A DNA stretch of 63,916 bases, filler included, from Intoshia linei (lineage: Eukaryota > Animalia > Orthonectida), in assembly GCA_001642005.1 (NCBI GenBank). It is 5 parts of 5 records of this genome, joined end to end, with 100 filler letters (N's around TTAATTAATTAA, not from the genome) between each part and the next. Parts side by side here need not be neighbours in the genome. Positions count along the whole stretch, not along the records: positions 23,141 to 39,055 come from LWCA01000887.1; positions 39,156 to 61,394 come from LWCA01000600.1; 3 more parts are not named here. The stretch is one strand, 5' to 3'. The translations under genes were made by a program, and so were the position numbers. Each line of letters begins with the position of its first letter. The stretch's first letter is position 1. Positions 26,631-39,989 of the stretch are shown one piece after another. The notes beneath the pieces are model-generated. The model had not been told where the DNA came from and ran no database searches. It was given only the letters and a program-made list of their open reading frames with translations.

Positions 26631-26888
26631 TTATTTAAATAATCCTAAATCAACTAGGTTCAGTTTTCTTGGATAAAGTTTTGCAAATTCATTAACCAAA
26701 CTTTCAATATCAAAATTATAGTCATAGTGGAAATTCATTAGGGCCAGTCCACATAGACGATTAACAGTCATTGTTAATCTTAAAAAGGTTTTCAATCTTC
26801 TCAAAATGCTAATGGAGAGTTCACATTCACATGTGGTGATTGGTAATGTTGCCAAAATAATTAAAAGTTGATGAATATTTGGAAACAA
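26631..26888 (-). mobile_element. hAT C-terminal dimerisation domain remnant (THAP12/ZMYM-like)
   Basis: FPNIHQLLIILATLPITTCECELSISILRRLKTFLRLTMTVNRLCGLALM. Confidence 0.8.
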
Positions 26889-27629
26889 ATTAAAATTGCA
26901 GCTTTCGATTAATTATATAATAATGGTCTTTGAATCAAGTTTTTTTTTTTCATCTAGTATATTCTGCTGTAAGATCTTTATCTTATGATATGCATGGTCA
27001 AATCTTCAAAATGACTCGTTTTGAAATAAGTGGGATATAGGCAAAATCTTTATGTTTTATTAAATTGATACCACTGGGATAAAAAAACCAAAAAATTTTT
27101 TTCATTTTTATCTGACTGGCCGACAGTTGCTCTCTACGCCCTGGGGGCACACTAACAATACTATACAAAATTTCGGGAATACCAAGAAAAAAACATACAG
27201 AAATATTTTCCAGCTAAATTCCGTAAATTTCAGATATTGACACTTTAAAAATTTTTACAATAAGCCCCTTATAACACCTTATAATTTATAACTAGGGGAA
27301 ATCATTTTTAACCTATAAAATCAACAAAATATAATCTATCAAAATAAAATTTTAACCTTTTTAACCTCTAAAAAATACATTAAAATTTCCATTTGGTCCC
27401 CCCTGTTAAAAATTTTTTTTTAAACATAATTTAAAAAATTAAATATTAAGATTTGTTATGGTACAATATTAAATATATAACTTGTATAAGGTACGTCTAC
27501 CGAGGCAAAAAGTTCTACTATGTCAATGGCAAAATCACTTTTTAATTTGCAATATTTACGAATTGGAGTAATATCATTCAAAGTTAATATGTGTTTAACA
27601 GACGAGTTTGGAAATTTAGGCATTAACTG

Positions 27630-27825
27630 TGTACAGTAATGATCATATCATTATACTAAACGTTAACCAAAACAGTTACCATTGTAAATATTGTTATTAA
27701 CTGAACATAAAGTTCGTTAATATTAATATAAAACTTATTGTATACATTTATTATCGTAATCAGAAACATAATTTGTATTTACTGATTAAATATTAAACTG
27801 ATTAAACATCTTCATTATCACTACA
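27630..27825 (+). repeat. 5' LTR
   Basis: Direct repeat of 30884-31086, ending ...attatcactaCA. Confidence 0.9.
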
Positions 27826-27838
27826 AAATACAAATTAT
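27826..27838 (+). promoter_or_regulatory. Non-tRNA, self-complementary primer-binding site candidate
   Basis: aaatacaaattat is the perfect reverse complement of LTR 27768-27780 (ataatttgtattt); no TGG follows the LTR. Confidence 0.65.
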
Positions 27839-30800
27839 ATAATTTAATATTCATGGCGAATATAATTGATAAACCTACGGAAATATTTGGTCCCGATGGC
27901 AAATTACAAGTAAAAATTAATGATTGGATTTTAAATTATATTGCAAATTCATTACAATTGAAGTCGCTGAAGAGTCAATGATATAAATGATGCTCAATTT
28001 CATTGGTGATCGTGCACGAATTCGTTTAAATCGCCTTGGGGTTTAACAGAACCTTTCAGATATGATAGAAGAGATATGTAAATGGGAGGAATGCTATGGA
28101 TGTGGAAAACATCGTGTTAATAGAAAATATGATTGCCACGCACGGTCGCATAAGTGTAGCACTGGGTCTACTATAAATTTATTCGGTATTTTACATGTGG
28201 ATATACCTGACCTGTGTCAATCTCTAAAGTTTTACGTAACTAATGGTATTAACATTATAGGATGTAGCACCGTGATGAATGCAGGTCTTACAAAAAGTTG
28301 GAAACAAATTTAAGTTTGTTAATAAATTTAATTCAATTAATCGTGTTGAGGTTTATTCTCTTAATTCAGAATATGAACTTATTGTTAATCGGTTTAGTAA
28401 AGTATTTAGCGATGTGCTAGGTAAAATTAGTAAATATGAACATAATATGCAATTATTGAATGAAAATATGAGATATAAGGGTCCTATTTATCCCACACTT
28501 TTAAATCTCAGGAAATTTGAAATGAATCTAATAAATGATATCATAAAACCTGTTGATCATTTGAATGACCCTTGCACATATTGGAGGTCTCCAAAATTTT
28601 TTGTCCCTAAAATTGGTAACCAATTCAGGATGGTATTTGATTTTAAGAAATTGAATGAACAAACAAAAAAAGATACTTATCCAGCACCTAGCTTGCAGTC
28701 CTGTTTAGATCATCTAGCTGAAAATAAAATGTTCACAACACTGGATCTTGTATCAGGGTTCCACCAAATTTTTACTGAAACCGACTGATCGTAATAAAAC
28801 AGTCTTCTCTTCAGGGTATGGAAATAAATTATATCGCTTCAAACGCATGCCATTCGGATTATGTAACGCGCCTACAACATTTCAGCGTGTTATGGAAGAT
28901 ATACTAAATAATATACATTCAGTGATTGTTTATATGGATAATATTATTATAGGTTCTAAGAATCATGCTGACCACATACGAAATGTGACACAAGTTTTAA
29001 CCAGATTAGAAAAATTCGGTGCTACTATCAAACCTTCAAAATGTAATATTGGACAAACTGAAATTTACATTTAGGGTCACCTAATTAATGGCAGTGGCAT
29101 TCATTCTGATCCCAATAAAATCAATTCAATTTTAAACATACCATCTCCTACTTCAAAGAAAGAGCTAAAATCATTCTTGGGAATGACCAATTACCATCCC
29201 CGTTTTATAAATAACTATGCCTACATCGTCCATCCATTTGAAAAATTAACCACCTCACTTAAATATGAATGGACTCAGACATGCGATCACTTATTTAAAA
29301 CTCTCAAAACTTGCTTAACTTCAGCACCTGTTTTAACCTTACCGTTATCTGATCAAGAATTCATTTTAGAAACGGACCATATGAGGATCCACCATTAGCC
29401 TCCCAGACAGGAATTGGCGCTGTTTTACGACAGAATGATAAAGTTATAGAATATGCTAGTACTTCCTTTAAAGGTGCCCAACTTCGTTATAGTACTGTTG
29501 TCAAAGAATTTTATGCCGTTTTATGGAGCGTCGAAAAATTCAAACATTATTTATATGGTCGGAAATTCATTGTTATAACCGATCATAATCCACTTACCCA
29601 CTTACGAAAGTCTACTAAACTAACTAATCGTCTACACAGATGGGTTGAACGTTTGGAAATATTTGATTTTGATATAAAATATCGTCTCGGTAAATTAAAT
29701 GTGACAGCTGATGTTCTATCTAGATTAACCTCAGATATCATGGTGAATTCTAGTCACTAAGAAACCCTTTGACATTTATCAACATCAAAAATCTGATCCT
29801 CATATTACATCAATAAAGGAATATAGTGATATTAAATTTCTTCCAAAATCGAACCTTTATGACTATTATCGCAACCACATTACTATAAGCGACGATATCG
29901 TTTATTTTAAAAAAATAACGCCTCCTATCCGATCGTTCCACAGTCACTTACTTCCTCAGCAATCAATTTTTTTCATAATAATCTGTCACCCAGGAGTTTC
30001 TAAACTATACAAGATCATTCATCAGAAATATTTTTGGCCTAAACAGCACAATGATATTCGACAATTTACGGCAAAATGTACCATGTGTAACGTAAATAAA
30101 CATCGAAAATTTACCCCTGAAAAGAAATTGCAACCTGTAGTTAGAGATAAGTTCAATAGTCTTTGGCAAATCGATATATTAGGGCCTTTACCCATATCAT
30201 CTAATGATAAAAAATATATCGTAGCTATGATAAATAATTTTACAGGGTGGTAAGAAGCAAATGCTATTCATGACATAACCGCAGAAACGGTGTGTGAATC
30301 TATTATGAAGAATATTATATCACGGTATGGACCACCGCAGGAAATTCATACTGATAGAGGTCAATAGTTTGAAAGTCAAATAATGAAAGAATTATGCAAA
30401 TCATTGCATATTCATAAAACAGAATCAAAGCCGTATAAGCATAATCAAAATGGTATGATTGAACGTATGAATCGCACTTTACGAGAAAAACTAAGAATAT
30501 GTACTAACAATAAATTATATATTGGAATACACATTTAACTAAGATATTGATGTCCATGAAATTTTTACCTAATGAAAGGAATAATGCATCACTTCTGTCT
30601 CTTGTCTTTGGTTATCATAACATTTTATCAAATAATTCAAAATTTAATAATGATAAGAAAAATTGTATAACCAGATCACTAAATTATAGAAATAATTATT
30701 TGAAGCGTCTTCAGCGGAATTACAACAATAAAATACCTAAATCGGGTTTTAACCATCAAAATTTTTTTGTGCCAAATTTACCTATTAAAACTAAAAACCT

Positions 30801-30883
30801 CTTTATAAACGTAAATCTCAACCAAATAAACGTTATATTGATTATCACTTATACTAGTAATGTCTATAACTTAAATAGGGAGG

Positions 30884-31086
30884 TGTAATGACAATATCAT
30901 ACTAAACTTTAACCAAAACAGTTACCATTGTAAATATTGTTATTAACTGAACATGAAGTTGAGGTACTGAAGTTCGTTAATATCAATATAAACCTTATTG
31001 TATGCATTTATTGTCGTAATCAGAAACATAATTTGTATTTTACTGATTAAATATTAAACTGATTAAACATCTTCATTATCACTACA
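30884..31086 (+). repeat. 3' LTR
   Basis: Preceded by the PPT; imperfect terminal inverted repeat tgtaatgacaat / attatcactaca; followed by the TSD aactg. Confidence 0.9.
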
Positions 31087-32928
31087 AACTGATTATTAGA
31101 TTAAAATTTGATTAAGATTCAGATTTGTAAAATTTAAAAACAATGCACATGTAAATAATTGAATATTTCAAAATCTAACTTTATTAACTTTTAAAAAAAT
31201 TTTAACTTTTCTAACCGTATTAACTTTATAAAATTTTAATTAGCCAATTAATATTGACGATATTGGTGCCATCATGCTGGACATATCAAATTTTAACTTT
31301 TCTGACTTTTGCTTGCCGTAGTTATAACACATTTTAGCTTATTTAAAATTGTTATGAATCTTCTCTCAAATAAAATTTAAATTAATTAAATTATAACACA
31401 ATGTAAATTCTAGCTCAAATTCGTACCGTGTGAATAAAATATGACAATAGATAACTACTCACAATAATTAAGTTGACTTAGTTTGTAACATCTCGACAGA
31501 AAATAAAAAAATAAACAGTACTGTATTTTGACAGTATTTAGTGTTAATTACAATGACGATATCTCATTTGTAATACGATTAACTTTAAAAGTTCAATTTA
31601 TTTGTCCCAGTAACAGTAATTTAATAAATAAAGACTAAACAATAAAATTCGCAAACTAGAAAGTGCAAAAATTCACGGTTAAAATGCACTAAATGAACTT
31701 GCAAGATTTATATGGGTTTTAAAAATGAAAAATAGTTATTGAGGTATGTTATTTACAAATCAAAAGTTAATGTGAAATTATTTAAACAGTCTGTTGTAAA
31801 ATGTGTCTGAAACATTGTTTTGTATTGTTATATAATTGAAAAGTGCTAGTTGTGCCTCATTTCAAGTAGACAGAGTAAATATTACATAATCGTATTATAC
31901 TTTGAATGAGAAACAAGGCTCGTAATATAGTCGTCAATCATTTTATTTGTAATTGAGATTGCCTATAAATTGCACACAGTCAGTGCAAATGAAAGAGAAT
32001 GTTACAATGAAAATATTAAAAATAAAAATTTGGAGACAGTTATTAGCTGTAATAAAATTAATGTTGGTTATTGTAAAACTATTATTCAGTCTAGTATTCA
32101 ATAAGTATATTAATATGTCTCGCACGTGATGAGCAAAATTCACTTGTAGTATTTATCAGTAACAAGCCGACATCATCACTTACATAAATGTGTGTTAGTC
32201 CAATAACTATTAAAATTGCACTATGCAAACCACAAAGTGGGAGACGTCTGTTCAAATATCGATCTCAACACTTCTATGTCAACTGTTATGATTCAAAAAA
32301 CTAATTATATAATTTGCCAATTTATTCACTCATCATGCAACCATTAAAGTTGATACCTTATCACAACCAAGAGCCTTTCAAGGTCAAGATTCTAAACAGA
32401 TATGCGAATTACTAGTAATTTTTTAAAAAGTTAGTATCACTGCTATTTCAAGTGTGAATCAAATGTGATGTATCGATTTCGGATTAATGTATCTATACAT
32501 ATTAGTTAACACAATTACGATACAATTTATTCAGTCCAGTAACAAATAGATTGCACTTTAAAATAAACTGTAACGTAGTGAATGTGATTGTTCATTTCTC
32601 CAAGATGAGACTGATTGTCTTTAATCAATTTTGTTTATTTGTTCCGAAATCTCTAATTTAGTTTCCTTTGCTTTATATTGACTACTTGAGCATTATTCGT
32701 ATCAGGCCGATGATTTTAATTAACAACATTGATACAATTTGTTTGCCGTCTGTCCTAGTAGATCAGTGATTATATAACTAAAATTGCATTATGGTAATTT
32801 AGTTTCAATTATTTTATTTGTACAATGTATCTGTTCATTTTTTTAATTTTAAACAGTATTTCCAAGATAAGTTGCACTGATTCACTAGCATTTATTTGAC
32901 CAATTTACATGTTATATTTTTAGATGAA

Positions 32929-35604
32929 ATGTCAAAATCTCTTGTGAATCAATCATTGGTTCCTCATGTGATGAATCACAATTCCAATCATGATTTTTCG
33001 CACAATGCCAATGTCTATTCAAAATATAATTACTCTAAAACAAATAATAGCCAATTAGCATTTACGCAGTTGCACAGTCCAAATAATTATCTTATTTCTC
33101 GGACACAAAATACACAATTTGATAATAATTATAATTATTGTGATGATATGTTAGCAACCTCTCAATTATCTCATTTGGCGCAAAATTCAAACAATTTAGT
33201 ACATTCGAATCTTTACACTCAATCTCAATACTCTACGGAAAACAGCAATAAAATGAATAAATACGAACAATTTGATCAATCCCTGCAAACCATGTTAAAG
33301 GTATATTAATTTGCATATAGTTGAATATATGAATACATTAAATTGTGAATTTTATGTGTATTATAAAAATAAAATTTTTTATTAATGATTGAATATTTTG
33401 ATGAAGCGATACAACCATGTATCCAGTGTTTTTTGAGTACATTGCACTTTACAATTTCCAATAAACTCGAAATTTACGCGTTGGGCCCATTTTTTAAAAC
33501 TTTTCGTTTTTTCATGACATTTCGCATTTTTAATGAAACCATTGGATACAAATTCATGTAACTAATGAAAAATGTAAAAGTTTTCAGATAACTCAGACAT
33601 GTTATACCTGCTGTACACTTGTTTTTGAGAACTAATTTTAATTTAAAATACCAAACTTGATTTTCATGTCAATAACAAAGTATTTATGATTTCTGCGTGA
33701 TAAGATATTGGGACTTGTCTGCTTAAATACACCAGGTAACACGGTCGTTTGCCAATATGTTGGTTCTGGTCGAAACTAGATCTGCTACTGATATCGATTA
33801 GTTAATGTATGCTAAAATAGACTTGATTTTTGAGAAATTATCGATTAATAGTTCTACACACCTTTGATATTCGTTACTTTCGAACATTGCGTTGGCTGGA
33901 ATTGGACTAATTGTTGAATTAGATGATATATCTTTTATTTTAAATTTGTAATTATTCTTTTAACATTATTTACATTGCTGATTTAATCCCTCACAATTAT
34001 TTCTTCACAACTCATAATGTGTATACATGTCACGTTTTTGTAATTGCGCCATTTTGACTTACATGTGTGGTATAAAATTTTTATAATTTTTTAAAAATTT
34101 AGAAATTTATGTTTATTTTTAGGATTTATACGTGATGACAAGTAAAGAAAAACCCAATTATAGTCGAGCTGTAACATATCACTTGAACGAAAGATTAGAC
34201 CAAAACATTGATATAGTTGGCAAAATGATAATGACCGATTATGATGTAAATGAAAAAAAGTGTAATTATGATCAATTTTTGGAAAATACCATGAATGACA
34301 TTGTAAATATTTCGAAATCAACGGCTTACAAACCAACCTATTTTGATGGTTCAATTTCTGTAAATAATCATGGTGACTATTCCAAGACGCTAAAAGACGA
34401 GGACAATTTACAAGCTCAATTAGGAAAAAAACGAAAAAATATTGGTCCGATATCAGATGTTCCACCTAAAACTGCAAAACACCCAGATTCAAATGAATCG
34501 TCAGGATATGGTAGTGGAGGTTTACCACATCATAAAAAGGATGCAAAATCTGTAATTATAAAACCAGAACCTAACATTCAAAAACAACAACCATTTGTTG
34601 GTAATGTAATTCGAGGCAACCTTAATTCTCCAAAAATAACAAATTCGTCATCTCGCTTGACCAACAGGAACCAATTGCAAGCATCCCAAATGAGATTACA
34701 ACATACTAGTATATGCCAAAACCACCTAAACACCACACCAAACCCTCAACTAAATCAAATTGAAGGTCAAAATATGCCTGCTGCAAGCACTTTAATACAA
34801 ATGGCAGAATCCTACAACAATATACCAATTGATAATCTACAAAGATTACAACATATTCAAAACTTGAAACTGCAAGCCCAAAACAGAGAACGAGCACAAT
34901 TTCAATCTCACTATAAAATGAATCCCTTCAACTCAACTACAAATTTAGGATATCCTAGTCTAGCCGATATTCAAAATAATACAAATTGTTTTACGCCGTC
35001 CAATCAAAATTATATTACCGACATGTACAATTCGAGACAACGGGAGAATGAATATAAAAAAATTTGTCAAGATCGCTTGAGAGGTTTCTGTCAAAATCAG
35101 AATGTCACCTCACATTTAGAACAACAACATGCCCGATCCAGAGTGACAACTGGTGCTATTCCAAGCAACATGATAAATTACGAAAATTTTTTGGCTCTAT
35201 CTCCTCAAACAGCTGGGCCAATGTACCAACGTATGATTATGGCTAGACAACGCGATAATAACGTGAGAGGCGTTCCCACAGAATCTATTCCTTCTACAAA
35301 TTATGATCCAGATATGCAAAGAATCTATAACCAGCAAATGCAATCTTATCAAATGGCATACCAGCAAAGCATGTCTCGCAACTCAAATTCAAACGCTCAT
35401 AGTCAGATGAACATTAATCAGCAGCAAATTCGACATAACCAAGAAATCAGAATTCGACAGTTACACTATCAAAATTCTTTATCTCGAATGAATGGCAACC
35501 TCTACGATAATGGAAATGGATCTCGAATGCCTGACATGAATCAATCTGAACAACACTATAATTTTATGCCGCCTCAAAATCAAAGAGCTCGATATTATCG
35601 TTGA
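32929..35604 (+). CDS. Q/N/M-rich low-complexity protein, possibly a Mastermind-like coactivator
   Basis: Exons 32929-33300 and 34123-35604 join in phase 0. The motif PAASTLIQMAE resembles the Mastermind-family PAAxxLKQMA motif. The gene is well supported; its identity is tentative. Confidence 0.6.
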
Positions 35605-35749
35605 GTTTGCTCTGTCAAATAACAGTTTACATAATCCAAATTTTTTATTTTTATTAAATATTTCTGTAAATAAACATGTTGCTGTATTTTTATATTTTTA
35701 CACAATTCTTACACATACATGCGTAATATATACGTTACACACATTACGT

Positions 35750-36628
35750 ATATAGAGTAAAAGTAATTTAGTTTAAAATATGTCTGTTTTCCAGTTTATT
35801 CAAGAAAGTAAGACGAGTCGAGTAATATAAATTATATATTTGTATGACATTTTTTCCAAAGTCATGTTTCATCAGAAATTGAGTACTTCAAGATCAAAAC
35901 CCAAATTGTCTTTTTTAAAATTCAAACCCGTCCTAGAATTATAAGAAATAAACAATCTGATCATTTGAAGAATTTAAAATTATCAACATTATAATAATTT
36001 TCAATTTCAAAATCTTATATCTTCACGGCTATAACCCCAAATTACCCTTTTTTGTAAAAATGAAAAAAATGCTAGAATTTTATACAACATAAATTCTGGG
36101 ATAGTTTATTAAAATTATAAGCATTATCATAAATAGGAACAATATCAAAAAAAATTTATTTTCACTATCAAAACTCCAAATTATTTTTTTTTAAAAAATG
36201 AAAACAGCCCTATAATTTAAAAAAAGTTACAGATGATACAGTTATATCCAGTTAACACATGGAAAAATTTCAATTTTTTTAATCTGAAAAAGTGACGTCT
36301 TCAAGGTCAAAAAAGCAGTTTAATATTCATTTTTTTTATTTCGAAACTATTTTATTATAACAAAAAATTTCTTTGATATAGCTTATTCCAGTTGATATAA
36401 ATACAAAATTTCAACCCTAGAAATCTATGCATTCCCGGTAAAATTAAATATTCATACTACATATTTACAATTTCAAAAAAAATATAAATGTGAATTGTAA
36501 AATGTTTGGTAATAGTGAGATGCCTATATAATATTGAATTTAATCTAATTTTTTGATAATAAAATTAGAAAAGTCGCCCTCAGTAGAGCTAGGTACTGTT
36601 TGTACAAAGTACAAACCAGTCAAGCTAG
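35750..36628 (+). mobile_element. Helitron copy
   Basis: Family internal blocks; 3' end ctgtttgtac-aaa-gtacaaaccag-tcaagCTAG|t. Confidence 0.75.
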
Positions 36629-36696
36629 TTTATAAATATAGTCAATAAAATTTAATCTCATCACAATTTGAATGTAATTTTATTGAAATATTCCGT

Positions 36697-37453
36697 ATGT
36701 CGGATAAATCAAAAATTTTGTATCCTTTACCTCCTTATCAGTACATTCAAAATTATACCGATGAAAAATTGCAAGCGAATGTCGCGCATTTACCGCCTCA
36801 GCTTAACGTTAAGGTTTTTATTGTTACGTACAAGATAATTTAGATTTTAGAAATGTAGCAATTTCGGCGTAGAATATTGTCTAAGTTTGCCACCTGGGGA
36901 ATCAAACATCAAGACTTCTTTGATTAAAGAAATTATTAAAAGTGAAGAACCAGATTGTCAAAACTTATCGTTTCGAGATCGAAAACAACAGTTGAGGGAT
37001 CTTTTAAGACGTTCAATTTTTACTTTCCTAGATTTGTTGTATGTCATACAATCGAGTCCAGATTCAGTAGTGCGCCTGGAAAAACTTAATTTGATTCAAA
37101 CTCAGTTTTCTAAAATGAATGAAATTATAAACTCTTTTCGTAAACACCAAGCCAGAGAACAACTTGTAGAAATGATGAAAAACCAGTCAAGTTCCCGCAA
37201 ATCTATAATATCTCAAATTAATAACCAATTGAACCAGTCTAATCAAGTTGTAAAAAAAGCCAAAAATATCATAAATTTGTTTACTCACCCCACAGAACTT
37301 TTAAATGAAGCGGATTTACAAAAATTTCAACCTCCCAAACCTCAAACTATACGAAAACTATCCGATTTGGTTGTCCAACAACACCCCAACGCGGTGAAAA
37401 TGAGCATAGATAATTTAATATGTACAAATCTAAATTTAGATATCAAACCATGA
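36697..37453 (+). CDS. MED7: Mediator subunit 7
   Basis: YPLPPYQYIQNYTDE...; one 37-nt intron; DRKQQLRDL...FLDLL...SPDS...EKL...INSFRKHQAREQLVEMMKNQ. Confidence 0.9.
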
Positions 37454-37472
37454 ATTGTTTGTGCATATAAAT

Positions 37473-38147
37473 TTATTTTTTAATATAAGAATCTGGTTTC
37501 ACGTATTTTTTTAACCATAAATTGCATTTATTGAAAATTGATCTTTCGGAAACAAAATTTGTTTCAAAGTTTATTTTGGCTTCAAATTTTTCTGTACATT
37601 GGTAAATTTCGTTTAACAGGTTTGATTTATTTTCGTGATCATTTTTTTGTTTTTTTAGTGTTTTATTAATACTTTTTAAAATGTTGTATTGGCTTCTAAT
37701 TAATCTTTTTCGTGTTTGCTCGTAAGTGTCTCCTTTTATGGGAAAAATTGGAGCGAAATTATTGTTATTTTTTTCTTTTATTATGGAATTTTTTACTGGG
37801 AGGTTGGTCAAGCTATAAAAATTTGTAGGTTTAACGCAAAATTTTGTATTCAACTTTGAATCCATTTCTTTTGAATAATTTCTTGTCGAGTTTACATTAT
37901 TTAGCTTTGAATTATTTTTCATGTTGAAATTTTTTTTGGGTTTATTTATTTTTGGAAACAAAATTTTTTTGTTTATATACGCGTTATTTAAAGAAATTTG
38001 CAATGGTTTCGGTTTAAATGTGTAAATTTTTGAATTTTTTTCAAAATATTTATTAATCTTGTACACTTCTTGGCCTAACAATGAATCGTGTTGTTTAAGG
38101 TTGAATCTATCGGTAATATCACCAAATTCGTTTTTCTTTGTTTTCAT
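37473..38147 (-). CDS. Hypothetical Lys/Asn-rich protein, convergent with MED7
   Basis: ORF of at least 224 codons that stays open upstream of the listed ATG; no recognisable domain. Confidence 0.5.
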   Translation of the reverse strand: MKTKKNEFGDITDRFNLKQHDSLLGQEVYKINKYFEKNSKIYTFKPKPLQISLNNAYINKKILFPKINKPKKNFNMKNNSKLNNVNSTRNYSKEMDSKLNTKFCVKPTNFYSLTNLPVKNSIIKEKNNNNFAPIFPIKGDTYEQTRKRLIRSQYNILKSINKTLKKQKNDHENKSNLLNEIYQCTEKFEAKINFETNFVSERSIFNKCNLWLKKYVKPDSYIKK

Positions 38148-38533
38148 TCGATGGTTTAGTTTTTCATAAATTGTCTTCTTTTATTTGGCATTAAATGTTC
38201 AAATTCGACTGATTTATATCAATCTTGGTTTGTTTCTTTTATTGTATTTAAAAACTAATTAAACGAAATTAATATTTACAACTCAGTATTGATATTTATA
38301 TGAAATAAGGTCTCATAAGTGTATAATTTGTATACTCATTATTTTAAAACTGTCATTGTTGTACAATGAATATTTACACAATACCACTTTAATTTAATTG
38401 TTTTGTAACTAATCCAAACTTTTGCAAATTTATATTGTAACAAAAAGTTTTCAGTAAAATATACTTTACATTAGGTCAAAACAAACTATACCATGTGTTG
38501 TATTTATTTTTTATAATTCAAAATATATCAATA

Positions 38534-39055
38534 CAGTAGAATCCGCTTATATTAATCACGGATATAGTGATCAAAAATTCGGTTATAGTCATCAATTTGT
38601 TGATTTTTTAAACTTTACATTTTAATTTAAATGTTGAAATGAACATTTATTATAATTATATTTGACAAATAAACATTAACAGTCATAAGTCTGAAGTGTT
38701 ATATTTTGTTGATAAGTATTGCATAAGTACGTAATTATAAATATGTGGCGTTTTTGTAGATTACCATATCGAGATATCACTGTATTATTTTTAAAACTGA
38801 GATAAAGTTAAGTTAAATTTATATGAAAATGTCACAACACAAGAAAAGATTAAATTTAACAATTCAAGAGAAAAAAGAAATAATAATGGAATATGAAAAA
38901 CTGCCAAAAATGAGTCAACGCAGTGCTGCTACAAAACTCAAAATAGCACAATTTCTTTTGAACACAATTTTAAAGAATAAAACGAATATTCAATGTGCAT
39001 TAATCATGAATGACAACATGAAGAGGAAAAGACCGGGAATGTATAAAGATGTTGA
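38534..39055 (+). mobile_element. 5' part of a pogo/Tigger element with a CENP-B-type HTH, cut by the gap
   Basis: ta|CAGTAGAATCCGCTTATA terminus; ORF KKRLNLTIQEKKEII...SQRSAATKLKIAQ..LNTILKNK. Confidence 0.8.
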
Positions 39056-39989
39056 NNNNNNNNNNNNNNNNNNNNNNNNNNNNNNNNNNNNNNNNNNNNT
39101 TAATTAATTAANNNNNNNNNNNNNNNNNNNNNNNNNNNNNNNNNNNNNNNNNNNNACATGTTCCATTTTGGGAACATTGACGGGTTAAAGGTTAATATTA
39201 ATAGTTCATTAAGTGTATCACCTCGCAAAAATAGAGTACTCCATGTCTTTTGACCATCATTCGTTTCACCCAAATGTAATATTTCATTAAAAATTGTCAT
39301 TATTATTAATTTTTTGGGGGGTCCATAGGTTTTTTGTAATATCATCTTATTGGTTCACAGCGAAAAAGGATTGAGAATGCCTGATATATACAAATGATCA
39401 TTTTTTTATAAGTCGCAGACCCATTTAAAAATAATTTTAGAAGCCGCTTAATGTGATTTACTATAACATAGTAATAGTCAATCACTATATGTATTGGTCA
39501 TTCTATCGTAGGCAAACTTTTTTTCAGTGCAACTTTGCAGGTAGAACAAATTTCAAATTGTTTTAAGTTGCCGAATATTATACTGTTTGAAAAAATTTGT
39601 TTTTACAAATATTACAGAATATTCAGTGAATACTATTTACTCATTTATTAATTCAGTTAGAGGTGATTTTCAGTTGAAACAATTTTAAAAAATAATAAAA
39701 ACATAAAAAGAAATTTTTAAAAAAAGAAAAACAAATAAAAAGAAAGATAAAAAGTGATACTGTAATAAATAGGGACATAATTACATATACATTATAATAG
39801 AATATAATTTTCATCTAATATTAAATATCGATTTGGGAAATATCTTATAATCAGTTTAATTAAAAAAAATGGTTCAATTATTGATTAAATTTTTAAATAT
39901 ATTTTATAAAGTACTACGCAGTCGAATATTTTTTCCAGGGGGATTTCAAAATATATATTGAGAGGGGTAGACATAATAGATTTTTTAAT

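Larger units (their letters stand above)
27630..31086 (+). mobile_element. Degenerate Ty3/gypsy LTR retrotransposon with both LTRs (Mag-like)
   Basis: LTRs 27630-27825 and 30884-31086 (TG...CA); 5-bp TSD aactg; polypurine tract (PPT) aaatagggagg at 30873-30883. Gag remnant from ATG 27853 with MLNFIGDRA and CYGCGKH..CHA..HKC. RT: RMVFDFKKLN, FTTLDLVSGFHQI, RMPFGLCNAPTTFQR, YMDN. RNase H: TDHNPL. Integrase: QIDILGPLP, IHTDRG. Many stops and frameshifts. Confidence 0.95.
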
